NCBI RefSeq assembly: GCF_025963285.1
Contig: NZ_JAOPUX010000209.1
Strand: one strand, 5' to 3'
Length of the DNA: 18,589 nucleotides
From: Jatrophihabitans sp.
GTDB taxonomy: Bacteria; Actinomycetota; Actinomycetes; Mycobacteriales; Jatrophihabitantaceae
Position 1 is the first letter of the stretch. Each line of letters opens with the position of its first letter. The notes under the pieces are model-generated. The model was not told the origin of the DNA and made no database searches. It saw only the letters and a program-made list of their open reading frames with translations. A program made the translations under genes and the position numbers. Positions 7,020 to 14,610 of this stretch are shown in pieces.

Positions 7020-8606
7020 ATGAGCGAGTTCCCCACCACGTCTGACGGCCGCAAGATCGTGACGCGTGTGCCGAAGACCGCCTCCTTCCCGGTCCTTGAC
7101 GTGCCGGCCGAGACCCTCCACCGCTACCGCGCGAAGGTCCTCGACCCGACCACGGCGGTGCAGCTGCCGGGTGAGCCGCGGCCGGCCTCGACCGTGTACA
7201 TCACCGACCAGCTCATCGTCAGTGGCCTCGCCACCCTGGATGCGCACGCCACCCTCGCCGAGGCGGCCGGCCGGTTCGGCCTCTCGGTCGTCACTCGCCT
7301 GAACGCCCCCGCCGGGCACCGGATCTTCCGCGCCGAGGCCGTGGCTCGCAACGCTGGGATCGCGCCGGAGTACCTGCCGCAGCGGGTACGCCTGGCGGTG
7401 ACCGCACCGACCGCCCCTGCGCCGGACGCCTGGGCGGTACTGCAGACGTACCGGAGCCTGCTCAAGCCCGACGATCCGGCCCGTCAGCACGTGCAGCTCG
7501 ACCACCTGATGAGCGCGTACCCGTACACGACGGGTCACCCGTACACGACCGGTCATCCCTACACGACAGGTCACCCGTACACGACCGGGCACGACTACGG
7601 GGACCCCGGTTACGGCGGCCGCGTGCCCGTGGCCTTCGTCAGCGCGCCGCCCCTGCGTCGTGAGCCCAGCCCGCTCGTGCGCCGCCCCAAGATCGTCGTA
7701 CTCGACACCGGCATCGGCCAGCACAGCTGGCTCACCCCCCAGCAGGGCTGCGTCGCCGACGGGTACGCGCTCCAGGTGCCGGTCAGCAACCCCGAGGTCA
7801 CCGGCGTGACGGTCGACCCGTACGAGGGTGAGCTGGACTCCGACGCCGGCCACGGCACGTTCATCGCGGGCATCCTGCGGCAGGGCGCTCCCGATGCCGA
7901 TGTCGAGATGATCTCGGTGATGGGAGGCGACGGCTTCGTGCCGGAGAGCGACCTCCTCGACGCGGTGATCATGCTTGCGCTGCGGCAGCAGCACTGCGTG
8001 CAGCAGGGCCAGGCAGAGAGCTTCATCGACGTCTTGGTGCTGTCTCTCGGGTACTACAACGAGAACCCGGCCGACCTGACGTACTCGTCCGAGCTGGGCG
8101 CGGCGCTGCGGGTATTGGGTAGCAACGGCACGATCGTGGTCGCGGCCGCCGGCAACGATGCCACCGACCGGCCGATGTACCCGGCGGCGTTCGGCCCATG
8201 GCAGGGCAGTCCGGGCAATCCCGCCTGCGCACCCGTCGTCAGCGTCGGAGCCCTCAACCCGAACCGGGCGACGATCGCTCTCTTCAGCAACGCGGGGTCG
8301 TGGGTGGCGACCCATGACATCGGGGTGTCGGTGGTCAGCACCTTCCCGGACACGTTCGACGGTTCGGCCCAGCCTGACGCCGCGGTCTACGTGCCGGGCG
8401 ACGGCCTGCGCACCTCCCTGGACGTCGATGACTTCCGCGGCGGGTTCGGCACCTGGAGTGGCACCTCGTTCTCGGCCCCGGTGCTGGCGGCGAAGCTCGC
8501 GGCCCGGCTCACTGCCGCCGCCGATCTCGCCGCGGTCGACCAGCCGACTGCGGTGGCCCGCGCGTGGGCAGCCGTCACGGCGCAAGTCCCCGGGCTGCAC
8601 CCGTGA
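7020..8606 (+). CDS. Subtilisin-like serine peptidase (S8 family), no signal peptide, with an N-terminal ~200-aa domain of unknown function and an HPYTTG x4 linker
   Basis: Catalytic motifs appear in S8 order: Asp (KIVVLDTGIG), His (DAGHGTFIAGIL), oxyanion Asn (VVAAAGNDATD), Ser (WSGTSFSAPVLAAKLAA). Start is set at ATG 7020 (GGAG 6-7 nt upstream) instead of track 6945. The N-terminus MSEFPTTSDGRKIVTRVPKT... has no hydrophobic signal, so the protein is predicted cytoplasmic. Confidence 0.85.
   Translation: MSEFPTTSDGRKIVTRVPKTASFPVLDVPAETLHRYRAKVLDPTTAVQLPGEPRPASTVYITDQLIVSGLATLDAHATLAEAAGRFGLSVVTRLNAPAGHRIFRAEAVARNAGIAPEYLPQRVRLAVTAPTAPAPDAWAVLQTYRSLLKPDDPARQHVQLDHLMSAYPYTTGHPYTTGHPYTTGHPYTTGHDYGDPGYGGRVPVAFVSAPPLRREPSPLVRRPKIVVLDTGIGQHSWLTPQQGCVADGYALQVPVSNPEVTGVTVDPYEGELDSDAGHGTFIAGILRQGAPDADVEMISVMGGDGFVPESDLLDAVIMLALRQQHCVQQGQAESFIDVLVLSLGYYNENPADLTYSSELGAALRVLGSNGTIVVAAAGNDATDRPMYPAAFGPWQGSPGNPACAPVVSVGALNPNRATIALFSNAGSWVATHDIGVSVVSTFPDTFDGSAQPDAAVYVPGDGLRTSLDVDDFRGGFGTWSGTSFSAPVLAAKLAARLTAAADLAAVDQPTAVARAWAAVTAQVPGLHP
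7521..7592 (+). repeat. In-frame 18-bp tandem repeat x4 encoding (H)PYTTG(H) hexapeptides
   Basis: ccgtacacgacgggtcac / ccgtacacgaccggtcat / ccctacacgacaggtcac / ccgtacacgaccgggcac. It sits in the linker between the N-terminal domain and the S8 catalytic domain (YPYTTGHPYTTGHPYTTGHPYTTGHDYGDPGYGG). Confidence 0.9.
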
Positions 8607-9193
8607 TCGCTGCCGAACCGGTCGGCGAGACGCTCGCCTCGCGCGCCGCGTCGCTGTTCCGTGCGTATCGGGACGGCGACGAGTCGCGGATGGGAGAACT
8701 CGTCGGCCTGCTCACGCCGATCCTGTGGCATACGGCGCGCGGCCAGCGCCTGGACCGTGAGTCGGCCGAGGACGTCGTGCAGTCGGCGTGGCTGGCGCTG
8801 GTACGAAGCTCAGGGTCCATCTCCGATCCGCAGGCGGTGCTCGGCTGGCTGATCACCACCGTGCGCCGGGAGTCGTGGCGAGTGGCCAAGCGCGACGGGC
8901 GAGCCGACCCGACCGAGTTCGAGGACGACGACGTGGTGGCGCCGGTGTCGGACCTGCCCGAGGAGCGAGTGCTGGCCGACGACAGTGCGGGTCGCCTCTG
9001 GCAGCACCTGGCCCGGCTGCCCGAGCGCTGCCAGGCACTGCTGCGGGTGATCGCCTTCGCTGACCGTCCGGACTATGCCGCGGTGGCCAAGGCGCTCGGG
9101 ATGCCGGTGGGGAGCATCGGCCCCACGCGCGGGCGCTGCCTCGCCAAACTCCGTGCCCACCTGACCGAAGACCCGACCTGGGAGACCTCATGA
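8603..9193 (+). CDS. ECF-type (sigma-70 family, regions 2 and 4) RNA polymerase sigma factor
   Basis: Region 2-like LVGLLTPILWHTARGQRLDRESAEDVVQSAWLALVRS and region 4.2-like LPERCQALLRVIAFADRPDYAAVAKALGMPVGSIGPTRGRCLAKLRAHL. The proposed GTG at 8603 overlaps the S8 stop (GTGA, 8603-8606) and gives a typical ~196-aa ECF size; the track's ATG 8564 would overlap the protease by 43 nt. Confidence 0.8.
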   Translation: MIAAEPVGETLASRAASLFRAYRDGDESRMGELVGLLTPILWHTARGQRLDRESAEDVVQSAWLALVRSSGSISDPQAVLGWLITTVRRESWRVAKRDGRADPTEFEDDDVVAPVSDLPEERVLADDSAGRLWQHLARLPERCQALLRVIAFADRPDYAAVAKALGMPVGSIGPTRGRCLAKLRAHLTEDPTWETS

Positions 9194-9690
9194 CGAACCC
9201 ACGACCCGGAGAGGACGAGTTGGCCCTGGGTGCCATCGACGCGATCGATCTAGCCGTGCTCGACCGCATCGAGGCGCTGTACCGGCAGCTCGATCCCGTA
9301 CCGGCTGCCCTGGTCGAGCGGGTCCAGTTCGGCATCACCCTGGAGGCGCTGCACTCCGAGATCGCCGAGTTGCAGCGATCGGCAGACCTTGCCGGCGTCC
9401 GCTCGGACGGGGGCGCCGACGCCCAGACGATCACCTTCACCAGTGCCCGCCTCACGACGATGGTGACGATCAGCCCGATCTCGGCCGAGCTGGCGCGGAT
9501 CGACGGCTGGGTGGTGCCCGGCGCCGGCGTGACCGTCGAGTTGAGGACCGTCGGTGGCGTGAGCACGACGACGACGGACCCCGACGGGCGCTTCGTCTTC
9601 GAAGCGGCCGAGCGCGGCATCGCGCAGTTCATCCTCCGACAGGCATCGGATGCCTCGGCGACCGTCGTCACGCCGTCCGTCGAACTCTGA
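9190..9690 (+). CDS. Soluble 166-aa protein: helical N-terminus plus C-terminal CarboxypepD_reg-like (transthyretin-like) beta-sandwich; candidate anti-sigma or adaptor
   Basis: ATG 9190 overlaps the sigma stop (ATGA) and has GGGAGA upstream. The C-terminus VVPGAGVTVELRTVGGVSTTTTDPDGRFVFEAAERGIAQFIL matches the carboxypeptidase-regulatory-domain motif (G..V.l......t.TD.dGrF.f). There is no TM segment and no zinc-finger motif. Confidence 0.6.
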   Translation: MTNPRPGEDELALGAIDAIDLAVLDRIEALYRQLDPVPAALVERVQFGITLEALHSEIAELQRSADLAGVRSDGGADAQTITFTSARLTTMVTISPISAELARIDGWVVPGAGVTVELRTVGGVSTTTTDPDGRFVFEAAERGIAQFILRQASDASATVVTPSVEL

Positions 9691-9701
9691 TCCAGAGTGA
9701 C

Positions 9702-12230
9702 GTGAGCGGAGGGCTCGAGGACGCCAGCGCACTCCGTGCCCGCGCCGTTCACGAACACGACAGGGGCAGACCCGTTCGTGCGCGCCGGCTGCTCCTCCGT
9801 GCCCGCGAACGGGTCGGCGCGCCACCCTACGTCGACAACGGCTACGCCGATCTCGCGGCGCGGATCGCGATCTCCCTCGCACGCGTGGACGCCGAGCTCT
9901 ACGGGGTCGAGGTAGGGCTGACGGTCGCCAAGCAGGCCGCGGCCGAGGCCTGGGCCACGGGCACGCCCAGCCTGGTGGTGCCGGCGGTGGGTCAGGTCGG
10001 GTTGATCGCCCTCCGGGCCGGAAGGCTCGGTCTCGCTGCCGAGTCGCTCGAGTCGGTCGAGCACATGGTGGACGACGGGTACGGCGATGTCGACGATCGC
10101 TACTCGGTCCTGCTCAACCTGGGGACGACGCGGATGCTGCTGGGGGACTTGACCCGTGGGCGATCCTCCCTCGTCAAGGCGGCAGAGCTGGCCCGCTCCG
10201 GACGAGCCTTCGGGGAGTTCATGGCGAGGCACAACCTCGGTTACCTCGACTTCCTTCGGGGCGACATTCCGTCGGCCTTGGAGCAGATGGAGCGGGCGCT
10301 CGCCACCAACGTGGACGCCTCGATCGGCGTCGCGCTGCTGGACCGGGCACGGGTGCTCTTCGAGGCCGGCCTGGTGCGGGGCGCCGACACCGCGCTCGCC
10401 GAGGCCGCGAAGATCTTCGCGGCCGACCGGCTGGCCCAGGATCTCGGCGAGGCGGAGCTGGAGCGCGCGCGGTGTGCCCTGATCTCGGCTGACATCGGGG
10501 CGGCCCGCCGGTTCGCCGGCCGCGCCCGCACGCGGTTCGCACGCCGGGGCAGCGACCGGTGGCGGCAGGCCGCCGAGCTGGTGCTGCTGCAGGCCGACCT
10601 CGCCGCCGGCCGCCCGGGTCGTCGCCTGATCGGTCCTGCGCGGCGACTGCGAGACGAGCTCGCCGCGGAGGGGCTCGGGGTGCTCGCGCGGACGGCGACG
10701 TTGATCGCGGCTGAGGCGGCGCTGGCCGCCGGAGACAGCGCTGACGCCGCGATCGAGCTGCTGCAGCTCGGGCGTGAGACACGGCGCGACCCGATCACCT
10801 ATCGGCTGCACGCCGCCTACGTCCGGGCCCGCCTAGACGCTGCACAGGGACGTCGCGGCCCGGCGGCGGCCCGTCTGCGCCGGGGTCTCTCCGAGCTTGC
10901 CGCGTACCAGTCCGGCTTCGGCAGCCTCGACCTCAGCACGGCGGCCGCGGTGCACGGGAGCCGCCTGGTGGCCCTCGACGTCGAGCTGGCCCTCGTCACC
11001 GGCCGGGCTGCCTCCGTCTTCGCCGCCGCCGAGCGGGGCAGGGCGGTGACGAGTCGGCTGGCACCTGTCCGGCCGCCGGACGACCAGGTCACGGCCGAGC
11101 TGCTCGCCGAACTCCGGCAGACCGTCGAGTCGCTGCGCGGCGTCGAACTCGACCCCGGACAGGCCGCACCGCTCGCCCGTCGGCGCAGTGAGCTGGAGCG
11201 CCGGATCGCCGAACGTGCGTGGTCTCGCCAGGGTGGCCGGTCGGTCGACGAGGCGGTTCCCCTCTCCGTGCTCCGGCCCGCACTGGGTTCCGCCGACTCG
11301 ACGCTGGTCTCGTACGTGGTGTCGGGAACGGAGTTGCATGCCGTGCTGGTGGGGGAGAGCCGGGTGCGCCACGTGCGGCTCGGTCCGTTCGCCGCGGTGG
11401 GGGAGCAGGTGCGCCGGGTGCGCGCCGACCTCGACATCCTTGCCCAGCCTCGACTTCCGGCGGCGATCGGCTCGGCGGTCCGCGCATCCTTCGGGCGTTC
11501 GATCCAGGCACTGGACGCCGCGCTCATCGCACCGCTGCGGCTGCAGGGTCGGCTCGTTCTCGTCACCACCGGCCTGCTCGGTGCCGTTCCCTGGGGCGCG
11601 TTGCCCTCGCTGCGGGGCGTCCCGCTGGTCGTCGCGCCGTCGGCCACGGCGTGGGTCACCGCCACCAGGTTGCCGCGACGATCCGGCGGCCGCCGGATGG
11701 TCGCTGTCGCCGGACCCGGCCTTGCCCGTTCGGACGACGAGGCTGCTGACGCCGCTGCGGCGTGGGGTACCGGCAAGGTGATCGCGGGAGCCACCGGAGC
11801 AGCGGTCTCCCAGGCGATGGCCACGGCACGCGTGGTGCACATCGCCGCGCACGGCGTGCACCAGAACGAGAACCCGCTCTTCTCCTCGATCCGCCTCGCC
11901 GACGGCCCGCTCTTCGCCCACGAACTGGACCAGACGGCCGGCACGCCCGAGCACGTCGTCCTCTCCGCCTGCGAACTCGGGCTGGCGACGGTCCGCCCCG
12001 GTGACGAGGCGCTGGGGCTCACGAGCGTGCTGCTGCGGCTCGGCACGAAGAGCGTCGTCTCCGGGGTGGCCCGTATCGGTGACGACCTCGCGGCCGACGT
12101 GATGGGCACCTATCACCGCCTGCTGGCCGGCGGCAGGGACAGCGCCGCCGCCCTCGCCGAGGCCGGCGAGGCGGTGGGCCAACCGGTGCCACTCGTCTGC
12201 TTCGGGGCCACCTGGGCGCTGCGCGGCTGA
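9702..12230 (+). CDS. TPR-like helical repeat protein with a C-terminal CHAT (caspase-like cysteine protease) domain
   Basis: 842 aa. The N-terminal ~550 aa is Ala/Leu/Arg-rich and helical-repeat-like. The C-terminus has the CHAT His/Cys dyad context: ARVVHIAAHGVHQNENPLFSSIRLADG...PEHVVLSACELGLA. GTG start at 9702 lies 11 nt after the previous stop. Confidence 0.85.
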   Translation: MSGGLEDASALRARAVHEHDRGRPVRARRLLLRARERVGAPPYVDNGYADLAARIAISLARVDAELYGVEVGLTVAKQAAAEAWATGTPSLVVPAVGQVGLIALRAGRLGLAAESLESVEHMVDDGYGDVDDRYSVLLNLGTTRMLLGDLTRGRSSLVKAAELARSGRAFGEFMARHNLGYLDFLRGDIPSALEQMERALATNVDASIGVALLDRARVLFEAGLVRGADTALAEAAKIFAADRLAQDLGEAELERARCALISADIGAARRFAGRARTRFARRGSDRWRQAAELVLLQADLAAGRPGRRLIGPARRLRDELAAEGLGVLARTATLIAAEAALAAGDSADAAIELLQLGRETRRDPITYRLHAAYVRARLDAAQGRRGPAAARLRRGLSELAAYQSGFGSLDLSTAAAVHGSRLVALDVELALVTGRAASVFAAAERGRAVTSRLAPVRPPDDQVTAELLAELRQTVESLRGVELDPGQAAPLARRRSELERRIAERAWSRQGGRSVDEAVPLSVLRPALGSADSTLVSYVVSGTELHAVLVGESRVRHVRLGPFAAVGEQVRRVRADLDILAQPRLPAAIGSAVRASFGRSIQALDAALIAPLRLQGRLVLVTTGLLGAVPWGALPSLRGVPLVVAPSATAWVTATRLPRRSGGRRMVAVAGPGLARSDDEAADAAAAWGTGKVIAGATGAAVSQAMATARVVHIAAHGVHQNENPLFSSIRLADGPLFAHELDQTAGTPEHVVLSACELGLATVRPGDEALGLTSVLLRLGTKSVVSGVARIGDDLAADVMGTYHRLLAGGRDSAAALAEAGEAVGQPVPLVCFGATWALRG

Positions 12231-12306
12231 TCGGGCGCGAACCCGGCGGCTGACATACGCTGGGTCCGAATTGCCGGATCTGTCACGCGACCCGAAGGAC
12301 TCCGCT

Positions 12307-14373
12307 GTGCCCCGCCTCGTCTCGATGTTCGCTGTCGGCGCCACCGTGCTCGGCATGGCCGTGGCCGTCGTCGCCACCGCTCAGGACTCCTCCGCTGCGG
12401 CCGTGAAGACCTCGACGGCGCCGAAGCTGGTGTACGTGCCGATCAAGCCCGGGCGCATCGTCAACACGACCACCGGCGCCGACGGCAACCACAAGGGCGC
12501 GATCGCGGCCGGAGCGGGTATCTCGCCGACCGTCACCAATGTGCCCAGCACCGCGGCGGCGGTGGCCGTCACGCTCACCGCCTTCTCCTCGACGGCCGCG
12601 GGTGCGCTCGTCACGTACCAGTACGGCAAGCCGCGGCCGGTGTCGGCGATGCTCCAGTTCGCCAAGGGCCAGACCGTCAGCGAGTACGCGCTGGTGCCGA
12701 TGGCCAGCCGTAAGATCAACATCGCGAACACCGGCACGTCGGGATCGACGCAGCTGCTCGTCGACGTCACGGGCTACTACACGACCTACACCGGTGGCAG
12801 CAGCGTCGGCCTGACGCACCTGCTCTCGCCCTCGGTCCGCGTCGCCGACACCACCAAGGGAACCGACGGCAACTACAAGGGACTGGTCAAGGCGCAGACC
12901 GGCATCACCCCGGTCGTCACCGGCTTCGCGGGTGCCTCCCCGACGGCCACCACCGGCGAGGTAATCGCCTCGGTCTCGGTCTCCAGCGCGACGAAGGCCG
13001 GAGCGATCGTGGCCTACGAAGGGACGATGCCGACCGAATCGAGCCTGCACTTCGATGCGGGCAAGGGCACCTCGGCGCTGGTGATCGTGCCGACCGACAG
13101 CACCGGACACATCAGGCTCTTCAACAACTCGGCCGGCTCGGTAAACTTGAAGGTCGATGTCGAGGGCTGGGTTGAGGGCGGTCCGGCTGAGATCAGCGGC
13201 GCCTTCCAGAACCTGCAGGTCACCCGGCCGACGAACGGCTCGTCGGTGGGGGCGAACGGCAACTACTCGATCGACCTGCATGGCAGAGGCGGCGTTCCCC
13301 TAGCTGCCTCGCCCAACCGCGCGGTCTGGATCACCGTGCACGTCCAGAGCCCGGCCGCCGCGGGTGCGCTCACCGTCGAGACCGGCGGCACGAGTCCTGC
13401 GGTGCGCACGCTCAGCTTCGCCGCCGGGCAGACGGTATCGAGCTCGATCCTCGTCCCGCTCTCCAGCGGTGGGGACGTCACGGTCCACAACTCCTCCAGC
13501 GGCAAGGTCTCGCTCTTCCTGGACGTCTACGGCTACGTGGCGGGCAACTCTCCTGTCGCACCGGCGACCTCGCCGGGGCGCTACGTCCAGGACGTCACCG
13601 ACGCCAGCGTCGGAAGCATGACGGCTCGCGGCACGGCCGATCGCGGCAAGCGCTTCGTGCTGCTGGAGTTCGGCGCCCAGACCTCCGACCGTGCGGGCGT
13701 GCAGCTCACCGGAAGCGCCGGCACCAAGGTCAGCTATGCCGGCGTCGCGGCGGCGGTGCAGGCCTACCTCGCCGCGTTCGCCTCGACGACGCCGGGCACG
13801 GTGGCGATCGGCACCAACAACGACGGCACCGACTGGACGTCGTACACCGGCGGCGAGCGGGGCACACGGTGGGCGGGCCTGGTCAACGGGATCGACGCCC
13901 CCAGCCACGTCACCGTGGTGGGTGCCGACGACATCGAGCCGGGCTTCTTCAGTACGGAGGCGCAGGCGGCGCAGTGGGTGCAGGCCTACACGGCGACGAG
14001 CGGGATCAAGGAACTGGTCTTCAACGGCTCTTCAGACGGCTGCCCCACGGCCTTCGGCGCGACGAGTGACTGTAGCTACAAGTGGACGCCGAAACAGATC
14101 TACGCCATGGCGCACCAGACGGTCTCCGGTTCGGCCCCGATCGTCGCCCTGCCGCAGGTCTACTTCACCTCCCAGGCCGAGCAGTGGGCCAACATCGACC
14201 TGGCCGGTGGCAAGGGCCTCGCCTTCGCCGGGGTCCTGACCGAGCACGGCACGGACTCGAGCACCTTCAGCGCGGTGCAGGGCTGGACGGCGCTCTACCG
14301 GACCCTGACCGCGGTCCTGAGCGCCCCGTCGCTCCCCGGACCCGTCGACCTCTCCGTCGACGCGGCCTCCTGA
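12307..14373 (+). CDS. Secreted protein with three tandem ~115-aa beta-rich repeats and a ~270-aa C-terminal domain of unknown function
   Basis: Start set at GTG 12307 (GAAGGA 8 nt upstream) rather than track TTG 12271. This gives an N-terminus M-PRLVSMFAVGATVLGMAVAVVATAQDS that looks like a signal peptide. Internal repeats fall at about nt 12424-12780, 12817-13173 and 13207-13536. Each starts P.R(I/V)..T..G.DGN(H/Y)K and ends L.VDV.GY. Confidence 0.7.
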   Translation: MPRLVSMFAVGATVLGMAVAVVATAQDSSAAAVKTSTAPKLVYVPIKPGRIVNTTTGADGNHKGAIAAGAGISPTVTNVPSTAAAVAVTLTAFSSTAAGALVTYQYGKPRPVSAMLQFAKGQTVSEYALVPMASRKINIANTGTSGSTQLLVDVTGYYTTYTGGSSVGLTHLLSPSVRVADTTKGTDGNYKGLVKAQTGITPVVTGFAGASPTATTGEVIASVSVSSATKAGAIVAYEGTMPTESSLHFDAGKGTSALVIVPTDSTGHIRLFNNSAGSVNLKVDVEGWVEGGPAEISGAFQNLQVTRPTNGSSVGANGNYSIDLHGRGGVPLAASPNRAVWITVHVQSPAAAGALTVETGGTSPAVRTLSFAAGQTVSSSILVPLSSGGDVTVHNSSSGKVSLFLDVYGYVAGNSPVAPATSPGRYVQDVTDASVGSMTARGTADRGKRFVLLEFGAQTSDRAGVQLTGSAGTKVSYAGVAAAVQAYLAAFASTTPGTVAIGTNNDGTDWTSYTGGERGTRWAGLVNGIDAPSHVTVVGADDIEPGFFSTEAQAAQWVQAYTATSGIKELVFNGSSDGCPTAFGATSDCSYKWTPKQIYAMAHQTVSGSAPIVALPQVYFTSQAEQWANIDLAGGKGLAFAGVLTEHGTDSSTFSAVQGWTALYRTLTAVLSAPSLPGPVDLSVDAAS

Positions 14374-14527
14374 CGGCCGGGATTTGGCCGTAGCTGCGGG
14401 CGTCACGTACTCTTGTCCTAGATCCACCTAAGACCGCTGGTTGTCGCGTGCGCACACGCGTTCAATGTCTCCGGAGCGCCGGAGCGGCCCGCGCAGGTTG
14501 GACGGTACGACGCGGCAGATAGCCCGC

Positions 14528-14565
14528 GACGCCCCGTGCGCCCTGCGCCGGGGCGTTTCTCGTTC
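14528..14565 (+). promoter_or_regulatory. Terminator-like hairpin within the rplJ 5' leader (candidate L10 leader attenuator)
   Basis: Stem GACGCCCCG (14528-14536) / CGGGGCGTT (14549-14557) with a 12-nt loop, followed by a T-rich TTCTCGTT. It lies about 50 nt upstream of the rplJ start inside a ~235-nt untranslated leader. Confidence 0.4.
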
Positions 14566-14610
14566 CTCAGGCAGGCGTCACCAGCCTGAACGAACGAGAG
14601 GAGGTTGCAC

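Noticed and set aside
6942-8600. 552-aa minus-strand ORF
   Set aside because: Antisense to the S8 peptidase gene, which has a complete catalytic triad; the antisense product is low complexity.
8853-10811. 652-aa minus-strand ORF, plus 10817..12109 and 10833..12377 minus-strand ORFs
   Set aside because: All are antisense to the TPR-CHAT gene, with Pro/Arg/Ala/Ser-rich translations and no recognisable domains.
12283-13281. 332-aa minus-strand ORF, and 13300..13908
   Set aside because: Antisense to the secreted repeat protein gene.
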